Part shown: piece by piece, positions 48,187 to 59,089 of the stretch
Layout: every line of letters begins with the position of its first letter
Numbering within the stretch: position 1 is the first letter of the stretch
Assembly (NCBI GenBank): GCA_964399485.1
Contig: CAYNQS010000010.1
Location: 392 to 64,391, forward strand
Source of the DNA: an uncultured Candidatus Bathyarchaeia archaeon
GTDB taxonomy: Archaea; Thermoproteota; Bathyarchaeia; Bathyarchaeales; Bathyarchaeaceae
Length of the DNA stretch: 64,000 bases
Direction: 5' to 3'
The notes under the pieces: generated by a model
Database searches by the model: none
Told to the model about the DNA's origin: nothing
What the model saw: only the letters and a program-made list of their open reading frames with translations
Made by a program: the position numbers and the translations under genes

Positions 48187-48330
48187 ACCCTAAACCTCGC
48201 AATATACCGAAGAGGAAAAGCTGAGACCCACCACCATTCCACAGCGCCTTTCAGATAGAGAGTAATACCTGCGTAAAAACTTATTCAAACCAATTGACGT
48301 AAACTTTTTTGGTCAAGTTTAACCCTAAAC

Positions 48331-48572
48331 TCAACAATCATATTAGGAGCCTAATAACAGTGCATTGTTGAAAACAGTCTTTTCACAAATTTTTGCTAAC
48401 ACAGAAACAGACCAGCAGACCCTATTAGGCTCCTAATAACAGATGATTGTTGAAAACTAACTTTTTTCTGAAATTCAGCAGCACAACACAAGATTCCTGT
48501 CTAAGGTTCACACTTTCATTAGACTATTCTAACAGCGTTACTGAAAACAATATTTTTTCTGAAAAACCAGCA
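48331..48572. repeat. Cluster of palindromic, degenerate direct repeats
   Basis: tattaggagcctaata (48341-48356) and its reverse complement tattaggctcctaata (48423-48438), each followed by acag-n3-attgttgaaaac; third degenerate unit near 48521-48572. Confidence 0.75.
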
Positions 48573-48661
48573 GAACACCCTGAAATAATATGAAGCAACG
48601 TTTTTTGTAACAGATATAAGCTCGTTTGATTAACTACAATCTGTTACGTTGAAAAAATTGA

Positions 48662-49249
48662 TTGGAGCTGATTGGTATGGCAGGCATCGTTTGTAAGACC
48701 GTTTATTTTGAGGAACCGGGTCCCAAAAACACCGAAGAAACGCTCAAGTTAGCAAAAGAGCGAGCTGACGAGCTTGGCATCAGAAACATCGTCGTGGCTT
48801 CGTCAACCGGCGAGACAGGCGTCAAAGCCTCCGAAGTCTTCAAAGGCTACAACCTGATTGTAGTATCCCATGTTACTGGCTTCAGGAAACCCGATTTCCA
48901 AGAATTTCTTCCCAAAAACCGCAACATTATAGAAAACAACGGCGCAAAAACCCTAACAGCTGCACATGCGTTTGGCACCTTAGGCAGAGCAGTCAAAAAC
49001 AAATTCGGAACCATCCAAATTGACGAAATAGTTTCATCAGTTCTTCGTCTTTTCGGTCAGGGAGTAAAGGTTGCCTGCGAAATATCTTGCATGGCGGCTG
49101 ATGCGGGTTTGATTAGAACCAGTGAGGAAGCTGTTGCAATTGGGGGCACCGACAGTGGAGTTGACACAGCCGTAGTTTTGAGTCCGACTAACACGCATGC
49201 TTTCTTTGATTTGAAAATAAAGGAGATAGCCTGTAAGCCTCGTCTTTAA
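48662..49249 (+). CDS. Pyruvate kinase C-terminal-like alpha/beta domain protein (COG1751-like)
   Basis: YFEEPGPKNTEETL, VVASSTGETG, LRLFGQGVKVACEI..MAADAG, GGT..GVDTA. Confidence 0.88.
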   Translation: MELIGMAGIVCKTVYFEEPGPKNTEETLKLAKERADELGIRNIVVASSTGETGVKASEVFKGYNLIVVSHVTGFRKPDFQEFLPKNRNIIENNGAKTLTAAHAFGTLGRAVKNKFGTIQIDEIVSSVLRLFGQGVKVACEISCMAADAGLIRTSEEAVAIGGTDSGVDTAVVLSPTNTHAFFDLKIKEIACKPRL

Positions 49250-49410
49250 ATTTTGCAGACGGGCACGTTCTTTGGAGCCGTCCTTTTTGTGCACTGAGAT
49301 TTTGGTTTGTTTGTTGTGTTGAGGAGTCTAAGCGCTTAATCTATAGTATGCTTTATTAAGACACAAGATTTAATACCGAGTTACAAACTCTACTGTATAG
49401 GAGAACTCCA

Positions 49411-51033
49411 ATGCAACGTATCAAGCGATTCAATGAGAAAGTATCATCAGCGTTACGGTCAACGGGAAGAATTTTCAAGAAAACGAAACTAAAAGCCATA
49501 CCTCCAGCACCTCCCCCAAAACCCTTACCCAAAGGCTACAAAATCGTTGAAAGATACCCACTCTACGAACCCTTCGCTCACGCAGCAATTGCCCGAAACC
49601 CACTAAGCGGCGAGTACAAATATATTCTAGACGAACTTCAACTCGACATACTAGAACGAAACGTTTACGACAGAATCTTAGAAATTCTCCTCGCTGAGAT
49701 CGCTTCACCAGAAACAGAAATCGAGGATCCTCGACAATTCTTCGTAACTGAAGCTGAAAAGATTGTTGGCAAATACCGAATTAGTTTAGGTTGGCTACCC
49801 GATGTTTCTTGGTCCAAAATCCTTTATCATGCCCAACGAAATCTTGTAGGCTTCGGCAGAATCGACGCCTTGATGCGAGACCCGAACATAGAAGACATTT
49901 CATGCGACGGTGTCGAAAAAGCCGTCTACATCTGGCACAGGAAATATGAGAACCTTGAAACAAACCTAGTCTTTCACGACGACCAAGAAGTAGACGACGC
50001 TGTGGTAAAGCTGGTTCACATGGCTGGAAAGCACGTAAGCTCAGCCTTCCCCATAGTTGACGCATCTCTGCCTGGAAAGCACAGACTCGCTGTCTGTTAC
50101 AGAAGGGAAGTAACGCCCTTCGGAACAGCTTTCACCATAAGAAAGTTCCGAGATGATCCCTACTCAATTATTGATCTGATAAACCTAGGAACGCTATCCG
50201 AGGAGATGGCAGCCTATTTCTGGACTTGTCTGGAGAACAGAGCCTCCCTCATGGTGCTAGGTGGAACAGCCTCCGGAAAAACAACATTCCTTAACGCTGT
50301 AGCCTGCTTAATCAAGCCCGGCAGCAAGATAATCACAATTGAGGAAACCGCAGAACTCAATCTGCCTCACGAAAACTGGGTATCGCTGATCGCGAGACGA
50401 AGTTATGGTCTCGGAGAAGCCCTCACCGGAGAAGTAAGTCTCTTCGATTTGGTCAAGACGTCGATGAGGCACCGTCCAGATTTGATAGTGGTCGGCGAGA
50501 TTCGAGGAAGCGAGGCATATACGCTTTTCCAAGCCTTGGCAACGGGTCACGGCGGTATGGCTACTATGCACGCAGACTCCATAGATTCGGCTGTTAAGCG
50601 TTTGATTCAAAAGCCCATGGATATAGCACCTGCATACATGCCTCTTATGAACATTGTAGTGTCCATTCAGCGGGTACACTTACCGCAATCGAAAACAGGT
50701 GAAATGACAGCTTACCGACGAGTACTTTCTGTGGACGAAATTGCGGATTATGAGGATTACCGAAACACTTTCACATGGAAAGCCACTGGCGACATCCACG
50801 CTGCCAACCTCAAAAATGGAATAATGCTCAACGCCATAGCCGAACGCAGAGGCTTGTCTTGGAAAGAATTGATGACTGAGATGGAACGCCGAGAAAATGT
50901 GTTGCGCTGGATGCGACAACGCAACATTAGAAGTTACAGAGATGTTGCGGGGGTCATAACTGAATACAACGCCAAACCTGAAGAGTTCTACGAGAGGGAG
51001 GTTTTAGCTTATGCCCCTGCTCAAGACTCTTGA
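49411..51033 (+). CDS. Type IV pilus assembly ATPase (VirB11/ArlI/PilB family)
   Basis: DPNIEDISCDG, FTIRKF, GGTASGKTT, IEETAEL, RHRPD..VVGEIRG, TGHGG..TMHA. Confidence 0.95.
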   Translation: MQRIKRFNEKVSSALRSTGRIFKKTKLKAIPPAPPPKPLPKGYKIVERYPLYEPFAHAAIARNPLSGEYKYILDELQLDILERNVYDRILEILLAEIASPETEIEDPRQFFVTEAEKIVGKYRISLGWLPDVSWSKILYHAQRNLVGFGRIDALMRDPNIEDISCDGVEKAVYIWHRKYENLETNLVFHDDQEVDDAVVKLVHMAGKHVSSAFPIVDASLPGKHRLAVCYRREVTPFGTAFTIRKFRDDPYSIIDLINLGTLSEEMAAYFWTCLENRASLMVLGGTASGKTTFLNAVACLIKPGSKIITIEETAELNLPHENWVSLIARRSYGLGEALTGEVSLFDLVKTSMRHRPDLIVVGEIRGSEAYTLFQALATGHGGMATMHADSIDSAVKRLIQKPMDIAPAYMPLMNIVVSIQRVHLPQSKTGEMTAYRRVLSVDEIADYEDYRNTFTWKATGDIHAANLKNGIMLNAIAERRGLSWKELMTEMERRENVLRWMRQRNIRSYRDVAGVITEYNAKPEEFYEREVLAYAPAQDS

Positions 51034-52693
51034 AGGCGTCTCCTACCGCCTTTTCGGCAGTATTTCTCCAAAGTTCTTAGGTGGAGTCTTCGAATTCAAG
51101 GAACATTTAGCAAAAGCAGGAATCAAGATCTATCCTGAAACTTACATTTCCTTAATGTTTCTGATTTCCACACTGACTATACCTGTATCTGTTGCAGCAA
51201 TTGTTCTCATATACTTCACGCGGATTCTGTTTCTGATCTTCTTGGTACCCATGCCGATCTACGTTATGATTGGCTTCATGGTTATTCCTAGTTCAAAAGC
51301 CAGTGAAAGATCCAGTGCGTTGGAGAGGGAGATGCCGTTCGCAGCGACGTATGTTACGGTTATGGCATCCGGGGGGATACCGCCCTACATGAGTTTCAAG
51401 CGGCTTACAGATGTTGAATTGTTGCCTGCGACACGTAAGGAAGCCAGAGGGCTAATCAGAGATGTGGAGATTTTTGGGGTAGATCCGCTTAGCGCTCTGG
51501 AAAAAGCGGCAAAGTATAATCCGCTGGATATCTTTAGAGACTTCATTTCGGGGTATGCTTCCACAGTTATTATAGGCGGTGACGTTATTCACTTCCTTGA
51601 ATCAAAGGCTCAGGACATCTTCAAAGCTGGGTCAATGAGGGTTAAGGCTGCCGCTGAACGTATGGGAATGCTTCTAGAATCTTTCATTATCGTAATGGTT
51701 CTGATGTCGCTATGTTTCTATATCCTCTTCAGCGTCGAGTCTATATACAGCACAGGCATGGACATGGGCTCAGGAGTAATCATGTACACATACGTTTTCA
51801 CTCCCATGCTCTCCATTGTCTTCCTGTATCTTGCACATGGTATGCAACCAAAAACCCCACTCAGCGAGTTTAGACCCTATAAGGTATATGCTGTCTCCTC
51901 AGCTGTGGGCATTCTGCTTCTCCTTCTGCTCACCGGATTCTTTGGGATGATAGTAACTCCTATTCAAGGATTTGTTGATCTCCCAATTGCAGTTGCTATC
52001 GCTTTGATAGTTTCTGTTGTGCCTCCTGCTATTGTGCACCAGAAGATTGCAAGTAGAAAAGCAAGCATGGAACGTGGTATCTCTAATTTTCTTAGAGATC
52101 TGACGGAGACAAGAAAGACTGGGCTTTCTCCAGAGGCGTGTATTGCGAATCTTTCGAATAAGGACTATGGAGCATTCTCTAAGGAGTTGAAGAAGATGTC
52201 ATCTGATATTGGTTGGGGTATCCCCATGCGGAATGTGATTATGGAGTTTGTGAAGAAAACTAGGAGTTGGATGTCCCAGATTGTAATGTTTCTGCTCTTG
52301 GAAGCTGTTGATGTGGGCGGTGGAACAATAGCGATGATTGAGTCGCTTGCGAGATTCAACAATATGACTCAGGAAGTTGAGAAAGAGAAGAAGATGAGTG
52401 TTCGACCTTACATGATTATGCCTTACTTTGCTGCGATATTGCTGGTGGCAACGACACTTATGACGCTGATCTTTACTACTCAGACGGTTGGTATGGCGGA
52501 GACGTCAACTGCTTCGAATAATCTTGAGAGTCTTACGTTGATTTTCACAGTTTCGGTGGTTACTCACTGCTACTTGATTGGTTTGGTGGCAGGCAAAATC
52601 AGCGAAGAGTCTTTGGCTGCTGGTTTCAAACATTCGGCTTTGCTTGTGGTTATCGCTGTTGTTGCATCGAAGGTTGTTCCTTTGATGGTTTAG
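51011..52693 (+). CDS. Type IV pilus membrane platform protein (T2SS-F/ArlJ/PilC family)
   Basis: Two GspF-like repeats (EREMPFA..MASGG; FLRDL.E..KTG), multiple TMs; overlaps the ATPase stop. Confidence 0.92.
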   Translation: MPLLKTLEGVSYRLFGSISPKFLGGVFEFKEHLAKAGIKIYPETYISLMFLISTLTIPVSVAAIVLIYFTRILFLIFLVPMPIYVMIGFMVIPSSKASERSSALEREMPFAATYVTVMASGGIPPYMSFKRLTDVELLPATRKEARGLIRDVEIFGVDPLSALEKAAKYNPLDIFRDFISGYASTVIIGGDVIHFLESKAQDIFKAGSMRVKAAAERMGMLLESFIIVMVLMSLCFYILFSVESIYSTGMDMGSGVIMYTYVFTPMLSIVFLYLAHGMQPKTPLSEFRPYKVYAVSSAVGILLLLLLTGFFGMIVTPIQGFVDLPIAVAIALIVSVVPPAIVHQKIASRKASMERGISNFLRDLTETRKTGLSPEACIANLSNKDYGAFSKELKKMSSDIGWGIPMRNVIMEFVKKTRSWMSQIVMFLLLEAVDVGGGTIAMIESLARFNNMTQEVEKEKKMSVRPYMIMPYFAAILLVATTLMTLIFTTQTVGMAETSTASNNLESLTLIFTVSVVTHCYLIGLVAGKISEESLAAGFKHSALLVVIAVVASKVVPLMV

Positions 52694-52713
52694 GGAGGAA
52701 AAAGGAGGAAAGT

Positions 52714-53586
52714 TTGGTAGTGTTCGGTAAGTTTCGCGAGAAAGGTTCAGGTAAATGGGCGATTAGTCCGGTTATCTCTACGGTTATTATGACTGGTGCT
52801 ATGGTTGCTATTCTGAGTGTTGCTTTAGTTTTTGCCAACAACCTTTTATGGTCTAGAGTTGCGGAGGGCGACTTTGATTCTTCAAGGCAGTTGATGCAGT
52901 CAGTGGGTCTTCAGATAGATGATGTGGCTTGGACTACGGGGCGCAAAGAGACGATTCGTTACGCGAGCCAGTATGGAGATATTGAGTTCGAGTCTTCGGT
53001 ACTAACTTACAATGTGTCTGTTGTAACCGGTGCAGGATCATCTGAGTTTTCAAACACGACTGGTGCTCTCATGTTTAATCTTCCGACATCCCGATATTCG
53101 ATAGGTGATGATTACTGGGCTAGAATCTTTCCGGAGACGGATGAATCCCTTACTTTGACGGGCACTTCTGCTCCTGTCGCGCGAGTGTTTGCTATTGAGA
53201 GGACGCCTATGCCTGATGGAAAGTACATAAGAGTGGTTGCTGCTCCATCGATTAGGGTTCTTTTCTCTTCGATTAACGCTTCCGACAATACATACTATGT
53301 CCGGATGTATCTTCCAGTTCTTAGTGCAGGTGAATCTCCTAGATTATCTCAATCCATTACTTTAGCTGGTGAATCGGTTAAAGCCCACACCCTAGACAAT
53401 GTTCAGAGCATCAGTGTTACTGTTGATTTTCCGAGAGGCACTTCAGGCGATTTTGATTCCGCTTTCTTCAATTTTCCCAATGATTCCGAGGTGTTTGATT
53501 TCTCCGCGTTTTATTCTGCTGGATACGATAATGTTGTTTTGGAGCTTTATGTCAGTGAGGTGTCGGTTGGGTTTGGAGTTAGTTAG
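52714..53586 (+). CDS. Pilin-like protein with class III signal peptide
   Basis: GKWA/ISPVISTVIMTGAMVAIL then a Ser/Thr-rich beta domain. Confidence 0.8.
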   Translation: MVVFGKFREKGSGKWAISPVISTVIMTGAMVAILSVALVFANNLLWSRVAEGDFDSSRQLMQSVGLQIDDVAWTTGRKETIRYASQYGDIEFESSVLTYNVSVVTGAGSSEFSNTTGALMFNLPTSRYSIGDDYWARIFPETDESLTLTGTSAPVARVFAIERTPMPDGKYIRVVAAPSIRVLFSSINASDNTYYVRMYLPVLSAGESPRLSQSITLAGESVKAHTLDNVQSISVTVDFPRGTSGDFDSAFFNFPNDSEVFDFSAFYSAGYDNVVLELYVSEVSVGFGVS

Positions 53587-53616
53587 TGAAATTGTGAGTC
53601 GAGGAGGCGTGTATAT

Positions 53617-54093
53617 TTGCCGAGTGTGACGATTGAATATGTTATATTGATTCCGTTGCTGTTCACTCAGGTGATAGTGTTTCCTTTTGTGGCGAGTACA
53701 ATTACATCCAACTGGCAAGACTCGCAGAGAGATGTCGAACTGCAGAATGCTGCGAATCATCTGGCGAGTACAATCCAGCAACTGTATCTAACTATAAATC
53801 GGGATGAGGTTTTGGAGTGTACCGTAACTCAGGCTTCTCCAGTTCCTAGAACCGTTGGTTCTTATCCCTATAACGCTACGGGTTCGCTGAGCAGTCTCTC
53901 AGAAAATTCTACTCGAATTCTCTCGGTTACTTTGACTTTGGATGATGCGGATAATACGGCTACGGCTGCGGCTGTGCTTGGTCCTAATGTGAGCTGGACA
54001 GATTCAACTCTGCGGAGTACCTCTACTGACGCTTACATTAAGGTGCAGAAGTTTTCTAATGGTACACTTGATTTTTCTTTTGGGGGTGATTGA
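53617..54093 (+). CDS. Minor pilin-like protein
   Basis: MPSVTIEYVILIPLL hydrophobic N-terminal helix with Glu; N-x-S/T sequons. Confidence 0.7.
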   Translation: MPSVTIEYVILIPLLFTQVIVFPFVASTITSNWQDSQRDVELQNAANHLASTIQQLYLTINRDEVLECTVTQASPVPRTVGSYPYNATGSLSSLSENSTRILSVTLTLDDADNTATAAAVLGPNVSWTDSTLRSTSTDAYIKVQKFSNGTLDFSFGGD

Positions 54094-55329
54094 GTGACAG
54101 GGGCAACTATAGATCACATGATTTCAGTTACGATTCTTATAGCGGCGCTGTTAGTGTCCATGCTGATATTTAATGGTTTATTCGCGTCTGCAGTTGACTA
54201 TGACCGCAATCGCCAAGTCGCGAACAAAGCCGTCGACATAATGAACACAATCTGCCTATCCCCAGGAAGCCCCATAGACTGGGGAGAAACAAACGAAACT
54301 CTACTAGGTTTTGGTCTACAAGACCCAGAAGCTGGCGGATATACCTTAAGTCCATACTCCATAATGAGGTTGAATACAGTTAATTCTTCTGGCGGTAGCC
54401 AAATTGTTTACTACCCTAAAACGGGTTTATATTACAATAACGTCAGTGCTAACTATGGACATGGTGTACTCATTCCATTAGGCGATTGTATCAACTATAC
54501 AGATGCTGCGGAACTGTTAGGGATAAACGGAACATATGGTTTCAGCATTGATATTTCACCCATTTTGGAGGTTAGTGTCTCTCAAGTTCCAGTGAGTCCT
54601 CCACAGAATCACTTGATTCTTAAAGTTGATGTAAGGGGATCAGGATTACCTTTGAGTGGTGCGACCTTGAATTACAATCTCTTTCATGTGAAAAAAGGTT
54701 CTACTTATCCTTCAATTGCCTCATATTCTGGAGTTAACCAGACCGACTTCTCTGGCTCAGCAGTTATAGAATTTGATGAAGTAGACGAATCGAATGACGC
54801 ATACTCCTTCATTGTATACGTTAACATTGGCGGAGTCACTGGTAATGGATATTATACCCACAATACTCTTGGCGATGACAATCAACTTGTTATTCCTTTT
54901 ATCCAAGATTATGATCAGGGAACCGTCATAATTGCCCATAGCTGGGACGTTCAAGGGGCTGGAAGCCCTCCAGTACCTGAGATTAAGTTTAACGCTACTT
55001 TTTTTGCTTTAACCTCTGACTTTCAGTTCCAACCGATTGAAATAGTGAATTCTACAGGTCATCTGCTTTATGGTTGGGGAAATCCCTATTTCGTAACGCA
55101 ACTTCCCGTTTCTGAAGTTGGACTTCTGGTAATTTCATACAAGCGGGATGCAAATCGAATGGGGACTGTTATTATGCCTTGGGGCATTGGCACTCTCGGG
55201 ATTTCTACCTCTTTTGATAGTGGATTCGGTTCTAGCGGTTATGATTTTGTTGCTACTGAGCTTAGGCAGGTGATGATTGACGATATTTCGTATCAGTTGA
55301 AGGTGTCTACGTGGAGTTTGAGTGGCTAA
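54094..55329 (+). CDS. Minor pilin-like protein
   Basis: ATIDHMISVTILIAALLV, SPGSPIDW...GFGL; many sequons. Confidence 0.7.
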   Translation: MTGATIDHMISVTILIAALLVSMLIFNGLFASAVDYDRNRQVANKAVDIMNTICLSPGSPIDWGETNETLLGFGLQDPEAGGYTLSPYSIMRLNTVNSSGGSQIVYYPKTGLYYNNVSANYGHGVLIPLGDCINYTDAAELLGINGTYGFSIDISPILEVSVSQVPVSPPQNHLILKVDVRGSGLPLSGATLNYNLFHVKKGSTYPSIASYSGVNQTDFSGSAVIEFDEVDESNDAYSFIVYVNIGGVTGNGYYTHNTLGDDNQLVIPFIQDYDQGTVIIAHSWDVQGAGSPPVPEIKFNATFFALTSDFQFQPIEIVNSTGHLLYGWGNPYFVTQLPVSEVGLLVISYKRDANRMGTVIMPWGIGTLGISTSFDSGFGSSGYDFVATELRQVMIDDISYQLKVSTWSLSG

Positions 55330-55349
55330 GAAGGGAGGGTTGAGGGGCG

Positions 55350-56666
55350 TTGATGAGAACTGTTGAAGTGCTTTTCGTGATTGTAATACTGCTCACAGCC
55401 TTCCTTATCACAACTTACTTTGCTGTTTTGCCTTCGCCCAGTCAAGCCTTCGGAACCAACCTCCGAGAGCTGTCCCAGTCCACTCTGGAAACCTTGGATG
55501 CGAATGGCATATTGAGTGCGACAGCATTCGAGGACCCAAATGACCCTGCGTGGGCAGATCTCCAAAAGGCTCTCTCAGCCTCTCTTCCACCCAACATTGT
55601 CTATAACCTCAGCATTTATGACCTTACAGCAGATTCTCAAGGGACCGTAACCTATCAATTAGCAAACTCAATCTCAGACGCAAACTTCGGAGCAGATTCA
55701 GAGGCTGCTTCACTCATGGTAACATCTCCCAACGTCACCTTCACTGAAGACCCACAAAAAGTGGGAGAGAGCACAGGACAAAACATCACCCTGTATATCC
55801 TGAACTGCAACGACGCAAACGGATGGTGGATCACAGGCTACACAGGCCAAAGCCTCGCCGCAGATGTCTATAGCCTTCTTTCTCCATACTTCACAACTAC
55901 TGTTCTCCTAAACAGCACCGCTGATCTCCAACTTCTTTTAGAAAATTCTCCTACTTTAGAAGGGACTATAGAAAATGCTGTTGTCGTGAACACGTTTGGG
56001 GAAGCCGTTCCTATTCCGGATGATTACTGTCAAGGAGGTTCACATGAAAGTGATGGCTACTCTGGGGGGTCATACGCAAAATATTTTCATACTCTTGGCA
56101 GTTTAACACGTCAACATAATTGGACTTGGGCGAGTATAGTAGGTTACCCGTTCTATTATGTGACTAACACGGACTATTTTGATTTTGCCCAAAACGGTTA
56201 CGGGATTTACGGAATGGAGGACGTTAGAACAGCAGGTGTTAACGCCTTTCTCCAAGGCTTAGATGGCACAAGTTATAGTTACAATGATGCTGGCACTGCG
56301 GCAGGAGTTGGTGGGGTTCAATTTACTTCTGAGGCGCTTGAGCGCTGCAACTATTATGGCATCTACCCATTTCCAAATCAGACAGCGAGTCGTGCACTCA
56401 CTCAATCTATCGAGAGTACCTATAATCTAGACCGTTTTGCTTCTGTATTTGAACTCAAGAACGGTCGTATTGCTGCTGCAACCTTTAGGCATCAGGATGG
56501 TAGTGGAGCGCTTACGGCGATAGGGCTTACTAGGATTCCAGATATACGTGTTACTGCTCTGGCTCTCCTAATGTACTATAACCCATCAGTCTACAAAAGT
56601 GAGTTCGGAGCAAGTGGCACATCACGGCTCGTTACTCTGCAACTTGGTCAACAAGGAGGAACCTAG
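55350..56666 (+). CDS. Minor pilin-like protein with large inserted domain
   Basis: MRTVEVLFVIVILL, LETLDANGIL, LPPNIVYNL, C-terminal RLVTLQL. Confidence 0.7.
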   Translation: MMRTVEVLFVIVILLTAFLITTYFAVLPSPSQAFGTNLRELSQSTLETLDANGILSATAFEDPNDPAWADLQKALSASLPPNIVYNLSIYDLTADSQGTVTYQLANSISDANFGADSEAASLMVTSPNVTFTEDPQKVGESTGQNITLYILNCNDANGWWITGYTGQSLAADVYSLLSPYFTTTVLLNSTADLQLLLENSPTLEGTIENAVVVNTFGEAVPIPDDYCQGGSHESDGYSGGSYAKYFHTLGSLTRQHNWTWASIVGYPFYYVTNTDYFDFAQNGYGIYGMEDVRTAGVNAFLQGLDGTSYSYNDAGTAAGVGGVQFTSEALERCNYYGIYPFPNQTASRALTQSIESTYNLDRFASVFELKNGRIAAATFRHQDGSGALTAIGLTRIPDIRVTALALLMYYNPSVYKSEFGASGTSRLVTLQLGQQGGT

Positions 56667-56670
56667 AATC

Positions 56671-58665
56671 ATGAAAAACAGTAGAGCAAATAAGGGTCAG
56701 TTCTCCATAATCGCGGCGTTACTCGTTTCTGTAATTCTAGTGACTGCTGTCATATCAACTTACACTCTGGTCCGTCACGCGCCCCTACAGGATTCGCCCA
56801 AAGTCTTGACAGCTATAGGAGAAATGAACGCAGACATCAAACAAATTTTGGACTTCACCGTTGGATACTACGGCTCAATCCTGAAAGTTACAGGTAACTC
56901 AACATATGCGAGGGGCCTCACAACCAGTTATCTTTCCAGCGGATTAGTTAACATCGCTCGTTCACATCCGGAATGGAACCCATCCTTCGAACTCAATTCC
57001 CAAACTGTTTCAACCTGCTGGTTTATGCCCGAAAGCTACAGTATGGGACGCATCAACATAACCTATTCTTTAGAGGCTCTTGGAATTGAAGGTGTTATAT
57101 TTACAACATCTTCTGCTTTAAGCGTAGAAATGCTAAACTCATCCTCTCCCGATATAGCTCGAATGAATGTCACTCGCGATAATAGCGAACCTGAATTGGG
57201 ATTAAATAACGAAAACTTCTGGTTCTACAAATACAACTATGACGACTCAACTTGGGAACTGGTCAACCCAAACCCAACTGACGTAAGAATTTCTTCCAAT
57301 GGCACATACACAATAACAATCCCTTCAGGAGTAAATCAAGACGCCTATTCGGTACAAGTTGAAGATGATCGAGGTTTAATTGTATCCGCCTTCTATTCAC
57401 AAGCATCTGTTGTTTCAGCATCAAAAATTCCCCATTACACGTACACTTTTAATTGGGATGCTACTGGTATGCTTGACATCTACGAAGATTTATCCACGGA
57501 CAACTTTGCAATTGAAGTTCTCCAAAACGGAACGCTAAAATGGCTTGGGCAATCCCTAGAGCTAACCACTAATGAGCGACCTATTCCACCAGTTTGCATT
57601 AAAGCCTTTCACGTTAACGCAACGATTGGTGGCAACACTCAAGAGGTGCCATTCCAAGTAGAGGACTGGGCATCAGACTACATGGTTCCCCTAGGACTCT
57701 CTAGCAATCAGAGTATCTTCAACAACAATCACATGCTAGTGTTTTTGGTCAATGACGCTGTCGATGAAATTACCTTGTGGTGGGATGGAGACGACACTGC
57801 AAACCAGACACCTTACGCTTGGGAAAACAAATACTTCACCGATGATGTACTAACCGATCCAGATAATGGGCAACTATCAAATGGACTCTTAGACTTAACT
57901 GTTTCAATAGTTGATCCTTTCCCCTTCGGAGACCCAGAATTTAGGGTAACGTCAACCGTGGGGGGTTCCACATGCACAACAGAATTTCTACGAATCAATA
58001 ATGAATTTCCCATATTCTGGGCTGATACAGCTTACGTGATTTTTGATGGTGTCGTGAGGGATATATTCCAGCAAGAACCAGAATATCGCGACGGAGCTGC
58101 AGGTTGTCCTAACTTCTATGCACAGGTATTTTTGACTTTACCAGCTAACGCAACTTACTATACATGTACAACAAGAATAATCTTCGTGGACTCCGACCAG
58201 AGCAGAAGCATTTCAGACTTGAGTGCTGTCCAACTCGCAGGTCTCAGCGGAACGCAGCTAACAGAGGATGGAACCGATGGAGTCTACCCTCTTAATTCCA
58301 CTTCTACAGGTCTTTTCTATGATAGTTATCCAACGGGTTGGGATCACCATTGGAGCCAAATAAGCTCAGGAAACTCGGGAGCAGGACTCATGTTCACGAA
58401 CGCCACCAACCAGAACCTTTACCTTTTCGACTCAGTGGTAGCCAACAACACGGGAGCTCTTAATGTGCTCAGTTCGGGCATCGAATTTAACCCTGTGGAG
58501 GACGGGCTGAACAACACCGTCAACAACTATAATGATGCTTTGGATGTGATTTGGCATGGGGCTGTTGTGACATTCAATACTGAACCCATTTATACCAGCT
58601 CTGCAAACGAGCATGTTGGTCTTTGGGTTATGGTGGAGTATCCCCCAAGTGTAACGGTAAACTGA
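56671..58665 (+). CDS. Large pilin-like/adhesin protein with class III signal peptide
   Basis: NKG/QFSIIAALLVSVILV; VPFQVEDW motif; start taken at ATG 56671. Confidence 0.75.
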   Translation: MKNSRANKGQFSIIAALLVSVILVTAVISTYTLVRHAPLQDSPKVLTAIGEMNADIKQILDFTVGYYGSILKVTGNSTYARGLTTSYLSSGLVNIARSHPEWNPSFELNSQTVSTCWFMPESYSMGRINITYSLEALGIEGVIFTTSSALSVEMLNSSSPDIARMNVTRDNSEPELGLNNENFWFYKYNYDDSTWELVNPNPTDVRISSNGTYTITIPSGVNQDAYSVQVEDDRGLIVSAFYSQASVVSASKIPHYTYTFNWDATGMLDIYEDLSTDNFAIEVLQNGTLKWLGQSLELTTNERPIPPVCIKAFHVNATIGGNTQEVPFQVEDWASDYMVPLGLSSNQSIFNNNHMLVFLVNDAVDEITLWWDGDDTANQTPYAWENKYFTDDVLTDPDNGQLSNGLLDLTVSIVDPFPFGDPEFRVTSTVGGSTCTTEFLRINNEFPIFWADTAYVIFDGVVRDIFQQEPEYRDGAAGCPNFYAQVFLTLPANATYYTCTTRIIFVDSDQSRSISDLSAVQLAGLSGTQLTEDGTDGVYPLNSTSTGLFYDSYPTGWDHHWSQISSGNSGAGLMFTNATNQNLYLFDSVVANNTGALNVLSSGIEFNPVEDGLNNTVNNYNDALDVIWHGAVVTFNTEPIYTSSANEHVGLWVMVEYPPSVTVN

Positions 58666-58677
58666 GTTGATGTTTGG

Positions 58678-58983
58678 TTGCAGATAAAATCCTCTGAAAC
58701 TTCAGGAGTCACTATTCTTGTTGTAGGCATCGTTCTTCTGTTAATCACCTTTATTGTTGCCTGTATTCATCTGTATAGAGACATTAACGTCCTACCAGTT
58801 CCCAGCGTCTTGTCATCCTTTGGAGAAGGTTTGTCCCCACTCATAGAAGCCGCCATCCGCGTCATGTACCTAGGGTTGATGGGCTGGATCGCCTCCATAG
58901 TAATAGCTAAAGGAGTAACTGCCCTCTTACGAGCCAAGCAACTAGACAAAAAAATAGCCTCCCAAAGCCACAAGAGCCAATAA
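58678..58983 (+). CDS. Small membrane protein
   Basis: Two TM segments; ends the pilus operon. Confidence 0.65.
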   Translation: MQIKSSETSGVTILVVGIVLLLITFIVACIHLYRDINVLPVPSVLSSFGEGLSPLIEAAIRVMYLGLMGWIASIVIAKGVTALLRAKQLDKKIASQSHKSQ

Positions 58984-59089
58984 TCAGCGAATAGAGAATC
59001 TCAGAGAAAACGTCACGCCATAGTTTCTACCTTTTGAGATGGAACAACTTTGTTTTTGTTTCCTACGAAATTTTCCCAAGTTCAATGTT

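Noticed and set aside
48331-48572. CRISPR array
   Set aside because: Only two or three degenerate units, no identical repeats with unique spacers, no cas genes
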